64,000 nucleotides of DNA from Amoebophrya sp. A120. Lineage: Eukaryota > Protista > Dinoflagellata. Position numbers and translations under genes: made by a program. Under the pieces are notes generated by a model. The model ran no database searches, was not told the DNA's origin, and saw nothing but the letters and a program-made list of their open reading frames with translations. Shown here in pieces: positions 48,801-59,450 of the stretch (position 1 is its first letter; every line of letters begins with the position of its first letter). Where the stretch lies: NCBI GenBank assembly GCA_905178155.1, contig CAJINV010000005.1, positions 1,514,438 to 1,578,437 of the forward strand. Direction: 5' to 3'.

Positions 48801-51338
48801 CGGAATCGCGACCTGCTCGGTGAATCGACCTTGGTCTTCTAGATCTATTTGATCGACGTTGTCGTCCCCGTCTAGCGCGAGCATCTGCTCCCAGGTAAGC
48901 AGTTCCGGAGCTTGCAAATCCAGCTCCAGCCGATTGCCGACCGGAAGCTCACTGTCCTCGCAGTTCGGTCCGGCGGATTGTGATTGATTGTTTTTTGTTC
49001 CACCGTCCAGAAGTCTCGCTCTGTCGCTTGCCGTTTCATCAAACTCAAAAACGGTCTGAAAAACCCTCTCCGCTTCGAGCTCCTCAAGGCGGTACACCTT
49101 GCTGTTCCCCCCGACTTTAAAAGGGGTGTCCAGGGGCAGCCCGCGCTCCAAGTGCCACTTCGCCACTTGGCGGATCGAAAACGGCCCGCGCCATCTGTTC
49201 CCGAATTTGAACCGCAGCTGGAGAGACCAGATTATCGCCGGCCGCCACTTGGGAGGTTGCCGGCTGCGGTGATGAGGTTGACGCTCGCCCTCGTCCTTTA
49301 ATTGATGTTCGTCTCCTATAGAAGTAGAACTTTGATCGACTTCGCTGCTTGTGCCGCTAGTACTAGCGCTTGTCTCCGTCGCGCTCGCATCATCCAGGCC
49401 ACCAATCTTAGGCGTGCTGGCATCGTCACCATCATGAGACGCTTGCTTCCATCTGGTCTCCAAGAAAAACGGGCTCCATCGTCTCACCGCCAACTGGGCA
49501 CTGCTCCTGGCGTTGTTGCCCACATGGTCTTCAACATCGCTTAAGAACCCGACCGCCCAATTGTTGTCTACCTGGCACAACTGGAAGACCAAGTTGCTTC
49601 TCGGGTGTTTTGCGAGGAAAACTCGTCTCGAGTTTTGTGGATTGTTTGCACTTGTTCCGCTCTTGTCCTCTTCCACTATCATCACGTCCCCGCGTCGGGA
49701 CCCCACCTCCGCGGTCCAAACGCCAGTCAGGGACAGAAATTTCGCAAACTTCTGATCCGCCAAAGATTCCTGTTTCTTTTCTGGAAAGAGCAGCAACTGG
49801 GGCGGCATCTTGTACAGAAAGTTTTTCTGCAGGTACTTCTGGGGCGAATAGGTTTTCTTGATTTCCAAACCGTATTTCTTCTGAACATCTTCAAAATCCG
49901 TCATCATCCGAGAGGTGAAATCGACCGTATTTAGCGATGGAGAGGCTCTACTTGTGCGGGCCGGGGGTTGAAATCGCGTTGCCCGAGCTGGCTGACCTTC
50001 GTTGCCCTCGCTTTCATCCGGGGCCGCGAAGCTCACGTGAACGGTGCGGGTCGAGCCAAGTTCCCGCTGTCCATCAGGATAATGATCTTCACCAGGAAGA
50101 ACATCACCATTCACATTCTCGATATCGGCTTCATCATCGTCCTCATTATCGTCTACATCTTCTCGAGCCAGATCCTCCCAGATGCGTAGCGGCACGTTGG
50201 TACTATGGACACTAGGCGTGGTCGCAGCTTCGCCAAACCCGATATCCACGCTTGTTCCAAGCAGCTGTTGCAGCGCCGCGTGTCTCCTTCCGGGACTTCC
50301 ACTTCCGCTCCGGGTCGCAATCGGCATGCTCCAGGGGGTCGCTTTTGGGTTGAACACGGTCTGCTTCCGCGTGTATACGAAATTTTCGGTCGTGCTCGTC
50401 TTGTTCGTGCGCGACGAAAACGAATTTCGTCCGTCCGCGGAGTTGTAGCCGCGAGTAGAGCTACCAGGTGGAACGATTAGCAAAAATACCTTGTCCCACT
50501 GCGGCCACACGTCGCGGATGCAGTAGTCTCCGCTAGACAAATGCCCGAGTCGAATCATGGAGCGGGAGTGCAGCTGGCTCTCTGTCCCGGTACCCTCCTC
50601 GTACTTCGCCCGCATCTCGCTGAGCGTGAAGGGCCCGCGCTCCTCCTCGTCCTTGTCATCGTTCCAGCGGTAGAACCAATTCTGCTGGATCAACTTCACG
50701 AGGTTTTCCAACTTGTCATCCGTGACAAGTGTAACCGTATTTGAAGTTCTTGTTCCACCCGGTCGTGCTCCTGTCGTCGGGGAGAAAGATGAGGAAGAGG
50801 ATGATGATGCTGTAGTGCCTCTGCCCGTGGATGAGGATCTTGCAGTGTTGTAGTCCGCTTGTGTTTTTACATGAACCTCCAATAGCGGTAACTTCAGGCC
50901 CGGGGGTGCCGGCCTACCTGAAGAACTTCTGGCCGCCCTGGTCGTTGCTGGAGGACCCGTTCGGCCGTCATTCTCCTGCTCTCCGCCGGCGAGAAAATTT
51001 TCAACTTCGGCGTCGAAGTCATCCTGATCCTCTGGCCCGACATTATCCACCAGCGGTGGACGACCATCTGTCTCCTCATCAACGACCGCAGAAGCAGTTC
51101 CACGACCCCCTACTCTCCTGATAACTTGTTCCGGTTGCCAGTAGTGCTTCGCGGGGAAATAGGGTCCATGCGCAAAGGGCGAGATCGGAGTGGTGTGGGG
51201 GAGCCTCGCCTTTTTCAACCAGTGCGAAAGCTCTTTGCTGGTGCACGGCCCATAGTAAAGCCCGTCCGGAGCCAGGTAATACCAAGTTTTGCGCTCCTCG
51301 GGAGCGACTGCACCAGCAGAAAGAACAGGGGACGACAT
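12807..51338 (-). CDS. Giant ~10,981-aa protein: 3 GYF-like domains, RxxDG beta-repeat region, acidic tracts, long charged helical region, WPE repeats, Gly/Pro/NPF tail; 26 exons
   Basis: All 25 junctions were checked and are frame-compatible after removing 23 introners (+5 bp each) and GT-AG introns 47303-47615 and 20265-20520. 38532-5586=32946 nt = 10982 codons. The two most 3' junctions (14229, 13240) have degenerate TSDs and are less certain. Confidence 0.8.
13240..13520. mobile_element. Degenerate introner
   Basis: tatcacgcggaaactttctgcc / ggcaaaagttttctcacatgggata; flanks tcacg/aaaat no longer match, but phase is compatible with +5 removal. Confidence 0.6.
14043..14179 (-). repeat. 21-bp tandem repeat encoding WPEEEEP-type heptapeptides
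   Basis: Repeated tcttcctcgggccacggctc units; protein DWPEEEEPWPEEEEPWPETEKPGPKEEEQWPETEEPWPEEEEPWPAEEE. Confidence 0.9.
14229..14516. mobile_element. Introner (singleton, degenerate TSD)
   Basis: tatgcactacaaatttactggcgccactgt / acagtggcgctggcaaattttcatctttggata; flanks ttggc/aggat; phase-compatible. Confidence 0.7.
14539..14688. mobile_element. Introner family D (inverted relative to the 36117 copy)
   Basis: Right end gcgattactacgagcacgatacttttgcacaggata is the reverse complement (one mismatch) of the 36117 left end; TSD cggga. Confidence 0.9.
14727..14987. mobile_element. Introner family A
   Basis: tatcaaatgtaaaaatgtctgggtctggaaga / tcttccagcccagacatttttacatttgata; TSD gttgc; close match to the 45372 copy. 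Confidence 0.95.
15592..15751. mobile_element. Introner family E
   Basis: tatccacagtaaatttcccgtaca / tgtacggaaaattcgtattgcata; TSD tcctg. Confidence 0.9.
16756..17062. mobile_element. Introner family F (degenerate)
   Basis: Starts tatgcaacacaaatgacc, ends gggcata; flanks tgccg/tctcg; frame restored (LAR/EKEIE or LAR/QKEIE). Confidence 0.7.
17180..17990 (-). repeat. ~153-bp (51-55 aa) tandem coding repeat, about 5 units
   Basis: ttccgccatgcg recurs at 17293, 17455, 17608, 17761; unit ELAHEERMAE..AKQRSKSEKQHQLAEEARKREDLERQQQLLLEQKQKER. Confidence 0.9.
18877..19137. mobile_element. Introner family F
   Basis: tatgcaacacaaatcgaccgga / tccggtagattctctgccgacgata; flanks cggtt/cgttt; frame restored (LEK/RKEAK). 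Confidence 0.75.
20265..20520 (-). other. Canonical GT-AG intron of the giant gene
   Basis: GAG|GTACTT...TTTTCTCTCCCCGCAG|GAC joins RQE to DLRKKQEE in frame. Confidence 0.85.
20758..21036. mobile_element. Introner (singleton)
   Basis: tatcccgagtaaaaacgtacccacgccagagt / actctggtgtgggtatgtttttactcaggata; flanks tacgc/ttcgc. Confidence 0.9.
21075..21336. mobile_element. Introner family A
   Basis: tatcaaatgcaaaagtgtctgggtctggaa / ttccagacccagacatttttgcatttgata; TSD gcgag. Confidence 0.95.
23327..23600. mobile_element. Introner with family A termini and divergent interior
   Basis: tatcaaatgcaaatatgtctgggtc / gacccagacatatttgcattcgata; flanks agtcg/actcg. Confidence 0.9.
25021..25208. mobile_element. 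Introner family E
   Basis: tatccacaggaagtttctcgtaca / tgtacgggaaacttgtattgcata; flanks cctca/cctcg. Confidence 0.9.
27710..27818. mobile_element. Introner family B
   Basis: tattccctgaaaattaaccatccccatcca / tggatggggatgggtaattttcagggaata; TSD ccatg. Confidence 0.95.
30921..31032. mobile_element. Introner family B
   Basis: tatcccctgaaaattaaccatccccatcca / tggatggggatggttaattttcagggaata; TSD caggc. Confidence 0.95.
31142..31315. mobile_element. Introner family D
   Basis: tatgaacaacaaaagtaacgcac / gtacgatgcttttgcggtggata; TSD tctgc. Confidence 0.85.
32680..32862. mobile_element. Introner family D
   Basis: tatgcattgcaaaagtatcgcactcgta / tactagtacgttgcttttgcatttcata; TSD cgact. Confidence 0.9.
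34191..34497. mobile_element. Introner family C
   Basis: tatggatgtgtcagagttgaaatcgacaaagttgaaat / atttcaactctgacgatttcaaacctgacgcttccata; flanks gcttg/gctcg. Confidence 0.92.
36117..36253. mobile_element. Introner family D
   Basis: tatcctgtgcaaaagtatcgta / tacgatacttttgcattgcata; TSD acttt. Confidence 0.92.
37693..37802. mobile_element. Introner family B variant
   Basis: tatccaggaaaaaacacccatccacatcca / tggatggggatgggtcttttttcctggata; TSD gtgcc. Confidence 0.92.
39431..39580. mobile_element. Introner family D
   Basis: tatcctgtgcaaaagtatcgcactcgta / tactagtacgatacttttgcaatgcata; TSD acacg. Confidence 0.92.
40382..40687. mobile_element. Introner (singleton)
   Basis: tattacagtgaaaagtgccccccacccc / ggggtgggggcatttttcattgtaata; TSD ctgga. 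Confidence 0.92.
42143..42368. mobile_element. Introner (singleton)
   Basis: tatccaggaaaaaagctgtgttagtgtaagtc / gacttacacaattaattttttcttgcata; TSD cggaa. Confidence 0.88.
44800..44914. mobile_element. Introner family B
   Basis: tattccctgaaaattagccatccccatcca / tggatggggatgcttaataattttcaggggata; TSD ggaag. Confidence 0.93.
45372..45633. mobile_element. Introner family A
   Basis: Perfect long TIR tatcaaatgtaaaaatgtctgggtctggaaga / tcttccagacccagacatttttacatttgata; TSD tcaaa. Confidence 0.95.
47303..47615 (-). other. Canonical GT-AG intron (first intron of the giant gene)
   Basis: CCG|GTACGT...AACTACAG|GTC joins VIP to VVDRFLLLKNQTG, which continues into ORF 45596..47212. Confidence 0.8.
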
Positions 51339-52767
51339 CTTTTGAATAAGTTTCTAATGATATGATCTTCTACTTGATGATGATGATTTAGTGGTCGTAC
51401 TGTTACTTAATGTACTCATGAGGACACCGAGCCCACGGCCACAAGCGACGGAGCATACTAGTACGACAGACACAGACGTCGTAGCTAGACCAGCGTTAGT
51501 ACCGTGACTCTGACTGCTACCACGGTCTAGAATACATCCACCTTAAGCCTCGAGCCTGTGGAAATCCTACTACTATTTTCGGCCCAAAATGGGCAAAAAC
51601 TACTGCATATTTTGTCAATTCATCGATTGAAATTTTTGTTTTTGAAGGAACAAGAAGCCACAATCCATTCACTGCAAACGACCCGTCGCCACTATCAACC
51701 TCAACCATGTACTTGTTACGAAGTACATGAGACGAAGACCCACGACACGACAATTGGGAAACACGACGTCAACGACCCCAGACTACTTTCTTAAATCAAA
51801 GAACAAGCAATACGAACAAGATATACGTAAAAGTATGTACTTGATCAAAAACGAATTTAAAAACAATGACGGTGCTGGCACGAAAAAATCCACGACTGCG
51901 AGCGACTGGATAGAAAACATGCTTATGCACCCCACCACGACCATTACCACAAAATTCGAAATATTGAGACGAAATTGTTCGATCAAAAGTCCATAGAGCA
52001 CATGCATGCAGCGTCTTGCACAATGTATAATTTCGAGTTAGTTCTACTTTCTTTGTTCGACTCGACAATGACATCGACGACCCGGGGCACATACATTTGA
52101 TTTCTGATCAAAGACGAAAAAGCACGTACGATGAAAATGATTTGTATTTGAGTTGCGTCGAAATCAAGGATCACCCTGTCAACTTCGACACCAAAAAGAC
52201 TTGCAGTCACCTGATGCAGTTTTCGTTTTTACCGAGAGCGAGACCTCCGAGAGGAATTCCATGTACGAACCTCGTCTCCATAGATATCGTTTATCAGTTC
52301 CAGCACCTTTGCTTCGGCGTGGTCACTCACCAGATGAACACAAAGGCAACAACAGGCGCAATATGTTGACAAAGAATTTCGCAATCTATTCGGCAAGTGC
52401 AGTGCCGTCAACACGATTAGATAGTGTTCCATCCATGAAGATAATGATACTTAACGTGAAAAAAAAATTGTTTACAGTTGCAGTGGTCTGATTCGTAGAT
52501 TTTCCGTCGTGGAAGGTCAGAATCAAAATGAATTGCGTCTTTCTCCTCCTTGCTGGCAAATAAGGTCGCAGCGGACGCCGGCGGCCAGCAAAACCTACGC
52601 CACGCCCACGGCTTCTAATGCGAAAACATGATAACAAGAATCTCCGTACAACACTGTATGATCAAGATCATCATGTTGAAAGTCCAGTTTACAAAAGAAA
52701 CTTAAACCCTCGCGATGAGTACACTGAAATACAAATATATCTAAAGCTTAATCTATCTTTTTCGTTC

Positions 52768-55700
52768 CTAGTCGTCGTCTTCCTCCATCGTGTTTTCTCC
52801 CGACGGCTGCTCCTCCATCACCAAATGGTGCTGCATTCCCAGCTTCTTATTTCTCGCCGGAGGGTCCGGCACGAACACCACTTCCTCCTGTTCGTCCATG
52901 ATGACCTGGTGCTGTATTGCCAGCCCTTGGTTTTTCTTGGTCCTTGATGGTGCAGCTTCTGCTTCCGTCGTCATTGCTGAACCATCCTCATACTGCTCCG
53001 TCTCGCGGTACTTACTGTCCATGGAACTGTCCAAAGTTACTCCTGTAGTTGCACCTCCAGGTGAAGAAGGTGATGCAGCACCCATGTAATTGTAGCTGTT
53101 GACACTCTGCTGACCTCCACTTTGCGAATTTCTTTTTGGAGACCCAATCTCGATCGGGATCGAAGAGGCGGCCCCGGTGAGACCAAGTGTCTCCAGTGTT
53201 TGTCGCACGTTTTTGTCCATCTCCTCCTGCAGCTCCGCCGTGCTCATTGTGCCTTTCTTTTTCGCCTTTTTCAGTGCGTGCGACTCCCGCCGGAGCGCCT
53301 CCTCGCTGTCCTCGTAGCCGGGCTGGAACCGGGAACGGAGACCGGATTTCACAGCACCAGGCTTGTTTTTGTCGTCCTTCTTCTTCTTTTTGTCACCGTG
53401 GTGACCATCTTTCCGGGTCGTACAACATCGAATGTAGATGCACACGGCGATCGAACAAGCCACAACGCCACCCAACAGGAGACCGATGTACAAACCCAAG
53501 CCTGAAACCGGCAAGTCTTGTTCGCCCTGCGCTTCTTTGTGGATGTCGTTCTGGCTGCTGGTGCTATCGGAAGTTGTCGCAGGCTGCGCCGCTATCAAAC
53601 GAAAAAACCAGAAACTACGAAAGACGAACGACCCCGACCCCGTCCCTGAGAAAACTTAATATAACTTTGTTTTCCTTGTTGAAACATCAGACTTATGTTT
53701 TCGAAACAACTGCTCTTTGTCTTCTCGTGACGAATCATGCATCTGTTTCTCCACAAGAACGCCGAGATATCGCGTTTGGGCAAAAAATCACGACATTTCA
53801 TCCACCGCCTTCCATTCACTGAAAGGCGATGAAGTGTTGTCGTGCACGTGATTTTCTTGCCCACACTAAATCAAAGAAGAGAGGTAGCACCAGCGAAAGC
53901 GACTCAAATTGCTGTTTCATCCGGAAGACCTTTCTCATCACTGTGAGTGTGAAGTCGAAGATCACAATAAAGATAAAGATATCATTATGATGCTTAACAT
54001 GTACTCCCTGGTCGTGCACGAGCGTGTTATACACCACTTCTATCGTGGTCACCGTTCCAACATGACATGATCGGGCCCAACGAGGCCCTCGTGGCTGTGG
54101 GTCGACAAGTTCGTCGTAAGGAGCAGTTTTTTATTCTGTTTGATAGCGACAGCGCCATGAAGTAGAAGTCCCTGTCCTTGTCCTCCATCACTCAAGCCGC
54201 CCTCTTGAACGCCCTCGGCAGGAAAAGCTCCTTGTACCTTGTCGCCGTCGCCCCGGCCACTCGTGAAAACTACCGTGCCAGTTTCGGGCGGAGCATGCAT
54301 ATTAATACCGGTAGGTGGGCCGCCGCTCCAAATTCCGCCCCCGTCGTCGGGAAGAAATAGGGAATCCGCCAGAGAAACGAGCTTCGCGGTGAACGGGTTG
54401 TTTGCGCTTCCCCCGCCCAACAAGGTCACTGCAGCAGGATAGGACTGGGGGGGCTGCTGGTGGTGCCGTACTGGCGTCGTAATAGACGTAGGCAACATCT
54501 TATCACTACGAGATGAAGTTCTTGATGATGCGGCACCACCGGAAGTGTCTGGCGATTCCTCCTGCTCGTCGTCGTCGTGTTTATCCTTTTTCATTGAAAT
54601 GGGAGTTTTTTGTACCGGGTTCCCATTCTCCTTCGCGGCCGCCACCGCAGGTGCCTCCATGATTTTATTTCGAAATTTAAATGCGGCTTCAGAAGTTGTG
54701 TCATCTTGAAGACCAGCGTGGTCAGCTGGTGCATCCAGGATATTATTTCGAGGTGTTTGCAGCAGCTCTTCGTCTTCCCCCGATGTTGTTGATGATGATG
54801 AAGGAGACGAAAAATCCTCTACATTCAGATCGTGGGTTGAATGCTCTAGCTCCTGGCTGCCGTCTAGCGCGTCATAATAACCGTCTTCGTGGTGTTGAGG
54901 ACCTGCTCCACTGTGAAGATGTTCTTCTTTTTGTGCACTACTCGCTTGCAGTTCTAGTTCTGCCAGTCCCTTCAGGTCGGCCAGAATTTTGCTCGGCCAG
55001 GTTTGTGCCAAGGCTGTTTGCTGCTCCCGCGAGAGTTGGTCTTCCAAAAACCAGCTGGAAAAATCGCTCCCGGAAGAAGTTGCTTTAGTCCCGTCCCGTG
55101 ACGTCGCCGTGGGCCACTGGTGCGCATTCGCTTCGAAGAAGTCGTAGCAACAGCGGTCGATGCAATACGCACGGCTTTCCAGATATGGATGTGTCACGTT
55201 TGAAATCGTCAAAGTTGAAATAGTTTGCCATGCATAAAACGGATACCAGTTAGGCCTACAGTTTGTAGTCGGTGCATGACAAATTTTTCCGGTCCTGGAA
55301 GCGAGTCTGTCATGCGGTTTAGGGCAAAAGAGCTGCCTTCTGTCATGCTAGTTAGCAGTCCAACTTTTGACCCTTACCAGGGCTATAATCTGCCTCCCGT
55401 GGGTCCTCTGCAATGGAGTCACTTTTTGTGTCGCATTTTATGCATTACAAATTATTTCAACTTTGACGATTTCAAACCTGACGCTTCCATACCAGAACGC
55501 CGTCTTGAAGCGTCAGTTCGCACACGACATTTTCCCGGTCCGGGCGCACGAGGACAAAAGCGCGGTGCCCGCAGTGCTTCGCGCAGAGGACTTTTCTGGT
55601 GGAGGTAGGTGCTTTATTAGTACTGAAGCCGGTAGAGGACTTTTCAGCAGGAACAAGAGAACCTCCTCCTGAAGCAGGTGATTCTTCTTGTTCACGCTCT

Positions 55701-56464
55701 TTGCCGGCTTCTTTCGGAGGTGGACCATCTTGTTCCCACGATCCTGCTCCTCCCGAGTTTTGATTGTCATGAGGTAAATGATCATCTTTGGGGGCCATAA
55801 CGACCAGACGCCCGAGCTCATCATCATCATTGTTCAACAACAACGAGGACGACGAGGACCTGTTGTCTACAACTTTTTGCACAACTTCCTTGTTGCCTTC
55901 TTCGTGGAGCTGCAGCAGGTCCTGCTCACCGGAAGATGATGTGCTGCGAGATGTGGTGCTACTAGATGCTGTTGGATTTCTTCCACCAGTCCCAGTGCTT
56001 GTGGCAGCAGGTTTTGCTCCTCCTGAGAATCTTCCTGAATGTTGGCGCGCTAGTACCACATCCACAGCTTCACCTTTATATTTATTTGCTGTTGCTGGTA
56101 CAGCTATGGACGTTGTAGCTGAGGCCGCCAGGCTCGAGCTTGTCCGTCGTGCACCTGCTCTTCCACCGTCACCGTGGTCGTGTCGACTCGTGTCTGGGAC
56201 CTTCTTCTTGGCCAAAAAACTAGAAGTCCTAGTTCTACCGAAGGTCGGTGCCGTAGACGTAGTTCGACGGGACAAATCTTCGGAATGTTCTTTTTGGAGC
56301 AACAAGCCTCTTGCTCTGCTTCTACGTAAGAACGGCCTGGATGCTGGAGATGGTGAAGACTCGGAAAAAACTGGTGACGTCGTGGTTAATGTCGAGGTGC
56401 TTCTCGTAGTCCCGACGAGAACAAACAGCAAGACCACCAACAACAAGTTTTTGATTTCCATCAT
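52768..56464 (-). CDS. Type I single-pass membrane protein (~941 aa): signal peptide, low-complexity ectodomain with a small Cys cluster, TM helix, cytoplasmic tail
   Basis: Signal MMEIKNLLLVVLLFVLVGTT; CAKHC...C...YCIDRCCY across introner 55184; TM GLYIGLLLGGVVACSIAVCIYI followed by RCC and a Lys-rich stretch. Removing two introners (+5 bp) gives 2826 nt in frame. Confidence 0.72.
53593..54145. mobile_element. Long degenerate introner (553 bp)
   Basis: tatcaaacgaaaaaa / ttttttattctgtttgata; flanks gccgc/gcgac; frame restored (GAVA/QPATT). Confidence 0.65.
55184..55491. mobile_element. Introner family C
   Basis: tatggatgtgtcacgtttgaaatcgtcaaagttgaaata / tatttcaactttgacgatttcaaacctgacgcttccata; TSD ccaga. 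Confidence 0.95.
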
Positions 56465-58062
56465 CTTCTTGCAGCGAACGTTAATAAAATTATTGCCGAT
56501 GAAAACTATGATACCTGTTTTGTCCCCTTACGCCCGGACGAGCAGAGGGCAAGAATGAAGCGAGGCAAGAACGGCATTCGCCCTCGGGGACGAGAATAAC
56601 TTATGTTTCCCCATTTTGCAGCGCGAGCGCGGGAGCCCGCGGGGTAGATGAAGATGCTCAAATTAATACAAGAGTGGTCGTCCTTGTGCAACTTGCCAAA
56701 CAAGTTCTTTTTGTTTTCAATTTTGTTGTCACCACCGTGGGGGAAAAATAAGCGGGGGGGGACTGACTGTATCTCAACACAGAAATCAAAACGAATGCCT
56801 CAAGTTCACGAAGAGAATCAATGTGCAGTCGGCGAACGACTGTAACCGGAGAAGAACGACGTCGCATTTATGAAACGTGAAGCGAAGGTAGATGTTGACG
56901 AGGAGAATCTGTACAATTCTTGCCGCCTGCTTCAAGCAGCAACAGCGGTTGTACGAAGCTAGAGACGTGAGTACATGCACGATTGGGACGAGGAGTACAA
57001 CGAGATGCACGACGGGAAGGAGTAGATGCTACTGAACTACGATCATCGTCGATCGCAGCGTCAGCGATGCTTCAATCTATTTGCTATTCCTCCACCTAGG
57101 ACGATTATTACCGCAGCTACAGGAACGACGAAGCAAGAGGAACCGCAGGAACAACATAGCGAAAAGTAAAACTCTAATCTTCCCGGAGGATGTCAAAGTC
57201 CTTCTTCGTCCACCTATGCATATACCAACACGAAGTAGATGAGTGGCCCAACACACCGCATCAGTTTCTTGTGGGCTTAAGTTATAGCAGCGAAATTGAA
57301 ACTATAACTAACTTCGTTGGAATCAAAATATGAATTTATACATCCGGGCTACGCGCGTTCTTTTGGGGTGTTCAGGATCAGGGTGCTGCAAATACTTAGT
57401 TGCTTTCATTTCACATGTTCTGCATGAGGTGCGATTATGATCAGGCACGACATGCGGTTAAGCGGTTGTGGCCTACATGTTGTCGCTTGCGAAACCATAA
57501 AACAAGAAGCTGCTCAAGGGGATGAAAAACTATAGAGCTACAGGGGCTGTTCTGGGAAACACGAGGCACAGGTAAGAACTTTACTAGGATTAGGACTTAT
57601 GTTGATATATTTTTAGGGGCGGTGAAGAATTTGTAGGTTTCGTTACAACATTTTCGTATTCCTAGACCTAGTCCTCATCATGGGTACCTACTGCATTAAG
57701 TCGCAACATTTGTGTTCGTCGTTCTGTAGAAAAATGGAGTGCTTGCAAAAATTGTTTGTGATCTGAAAGGCGAGTGATTTTTTTTGTTGATCGATAAAAA
57801 GCCGATGAAAATAAATGCATACTTGAAAAAAAAAAATGAGGCAAAATCTCGAAGATGACACGGAAGCGTCGAACAACCCGGTCAATAAGAATAAGCTGTT
57901 CAACATCAGCATCCGCCCTCGTTCTCGTCCGCGGGCTCGTTCTTGTGCTCTTCGCCTGGATTGGCGGGAGGGGGAGTTTTATCATTCGCTCCTCCCGGTA
58001 ATTCTTGTTTTTGTTTTTCCGCCTCCCCCTCCCCCGCCTGTTCCTCGGACACCGCCACCATC

Positions 58063-59446
58063 GGACTCCCTTACGTGGAGAAGACGGACCAGCAACTGCC
58101 CGGCCCAAACTAGTACTGCTGACAGCCAGCCGGATCCGTGTGAAAAAGACGCGTCCGTGTACAACATGATGTTGTCGTCAGCAGGGTTCTCAAACTGCGC
58201 CCGCTTCCTGATCGACGAGGCCAACACCAGCGTGATGTTGTGGAGGCATTGCTTGACCTTGTCGGACAACCCGCCCCTGTGACATGCTGGCAAGTGAATA
58301 TATTGTGCCAGGGGCTTCAGCAAGGGGTTGCAACGACGATCAACCAAGGACGACAAGCAGAACATGACTTTGCCACGCAATGACTCTGCAACATCTTTTT
58401 GTAATTTAGCCCGTCGGTCCTGTCTTCCGTCTGGAGAAAAAAGTTGTTCATCCGCTCTTGGTATGAAGTTTCAATTGTTTCCCCGTTCATCACGTAGGAC
58501 CTGCTTGGCGCGAGCGAGTCCGCCGACGTCGAGAGCACCTCATAAAATTTTGAGGTAGCAATCCGCTCCCAATCGGTGTGGTTCGAGTACTCCGGTACCG
58601 CCTTGATGTGGTCTTCAATAAATAAGACCAACTTGTGCGCGTCGGCGAAGTTGTCGAACACGGGCGGCGTCTTTCCTCCGACTGCGAGGTACCGCAAAAG
58701 TGTTGATGGTTTCATTGGGCGGGTTGCTACTACTTTTGTTGAATCTGCAATCTGCACTTGATTCTTATACGTGTAGCGGACTGCTGTATTCGCGGACTGC
58801 TGTATTCGCGCCAAGCCTGCCATCTTGATAAAACTAGGGCGGGATCTTCTTGGAGAAGATCGAATGGGTGGGAAAATCAAAATGTGGAGAAAAAATGTTT
58901 CTCCTCGTCCTCAATGTCTGTGCCCTTGCTCATTTTGCTCGTCACTCTCTCAATCGATTGCAAAATTGCATCGCTGTTCTACGTGATTAGTGATTTTACA
59001 ATCTCTCTCGGTCGTAAACTCGAATTGCATGAGCTGACCCTTGTCCTGCGCGGATTCACTCAAAATGTGAGTGTCGGGAAGAATCTGAAGTCGCTCGTGA
59101 AAGCAACAACGCGTGTCGCTCGTGAAAGCAACAAACACTCCTTGCGCGCGCAACAACAGGTCGCTCATGACCGACCTGTTTGGCGAACCTCACCAACAGG
59201 TCTCGGACTGCCGCAAATGTGTGACTGAACACAGCGGAAAAAGGTCGCCAACAGGTCGGAGACTGAACTCGACTATAGCTCAGAGGGAGGCGTCGCTACT
59301 CGCCTTCATCGGTGAAATAGACGAAAAAATCAAAATGTGGAGAAAAAATGTTTCTCCTCGTCCTCAATGTCTGTGCCCTTGCTCATTTTGCTCGTCACTC
59401 TCTCAATCGATTGTAAAATTGCATCGCTGTTCTACGTGATTAGTGA
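58063..59446 (-). mobile_element. Truncated retrotransposon-derived insertion with RNase H fragment (Ty3/DIRS-type), flanked by a 49-bp host duplication
   Basis: Minus ORF 57982..58380 contains IMLYTDASFSHGSGWLSAVLV (TDAS...GW.AVL RNase H motif); flanks 58014-58062 and 59447-59495 match at 48/49 bp. Confidence 0.7.
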
Positions 59447-59450
59447 TTTT
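58873..59450. repeat. 125-bp direct repeat pair (58873-58997 and 59326-59450)
   Basis: aaaatcaaaatgtggagaaaaaatgtttctcc...ctacgtgattagtgatttt occurs twice, with one mismatch noted. Confidence 0.92.

Noticed and set aside
57180-57670. ORF-free, compositionally distinct stretch as a possible ncRNA
   Set aside because: No tRNA, rRNA, snRNA or spliced-leader motif recognised by eye; needs an Rfam scan.
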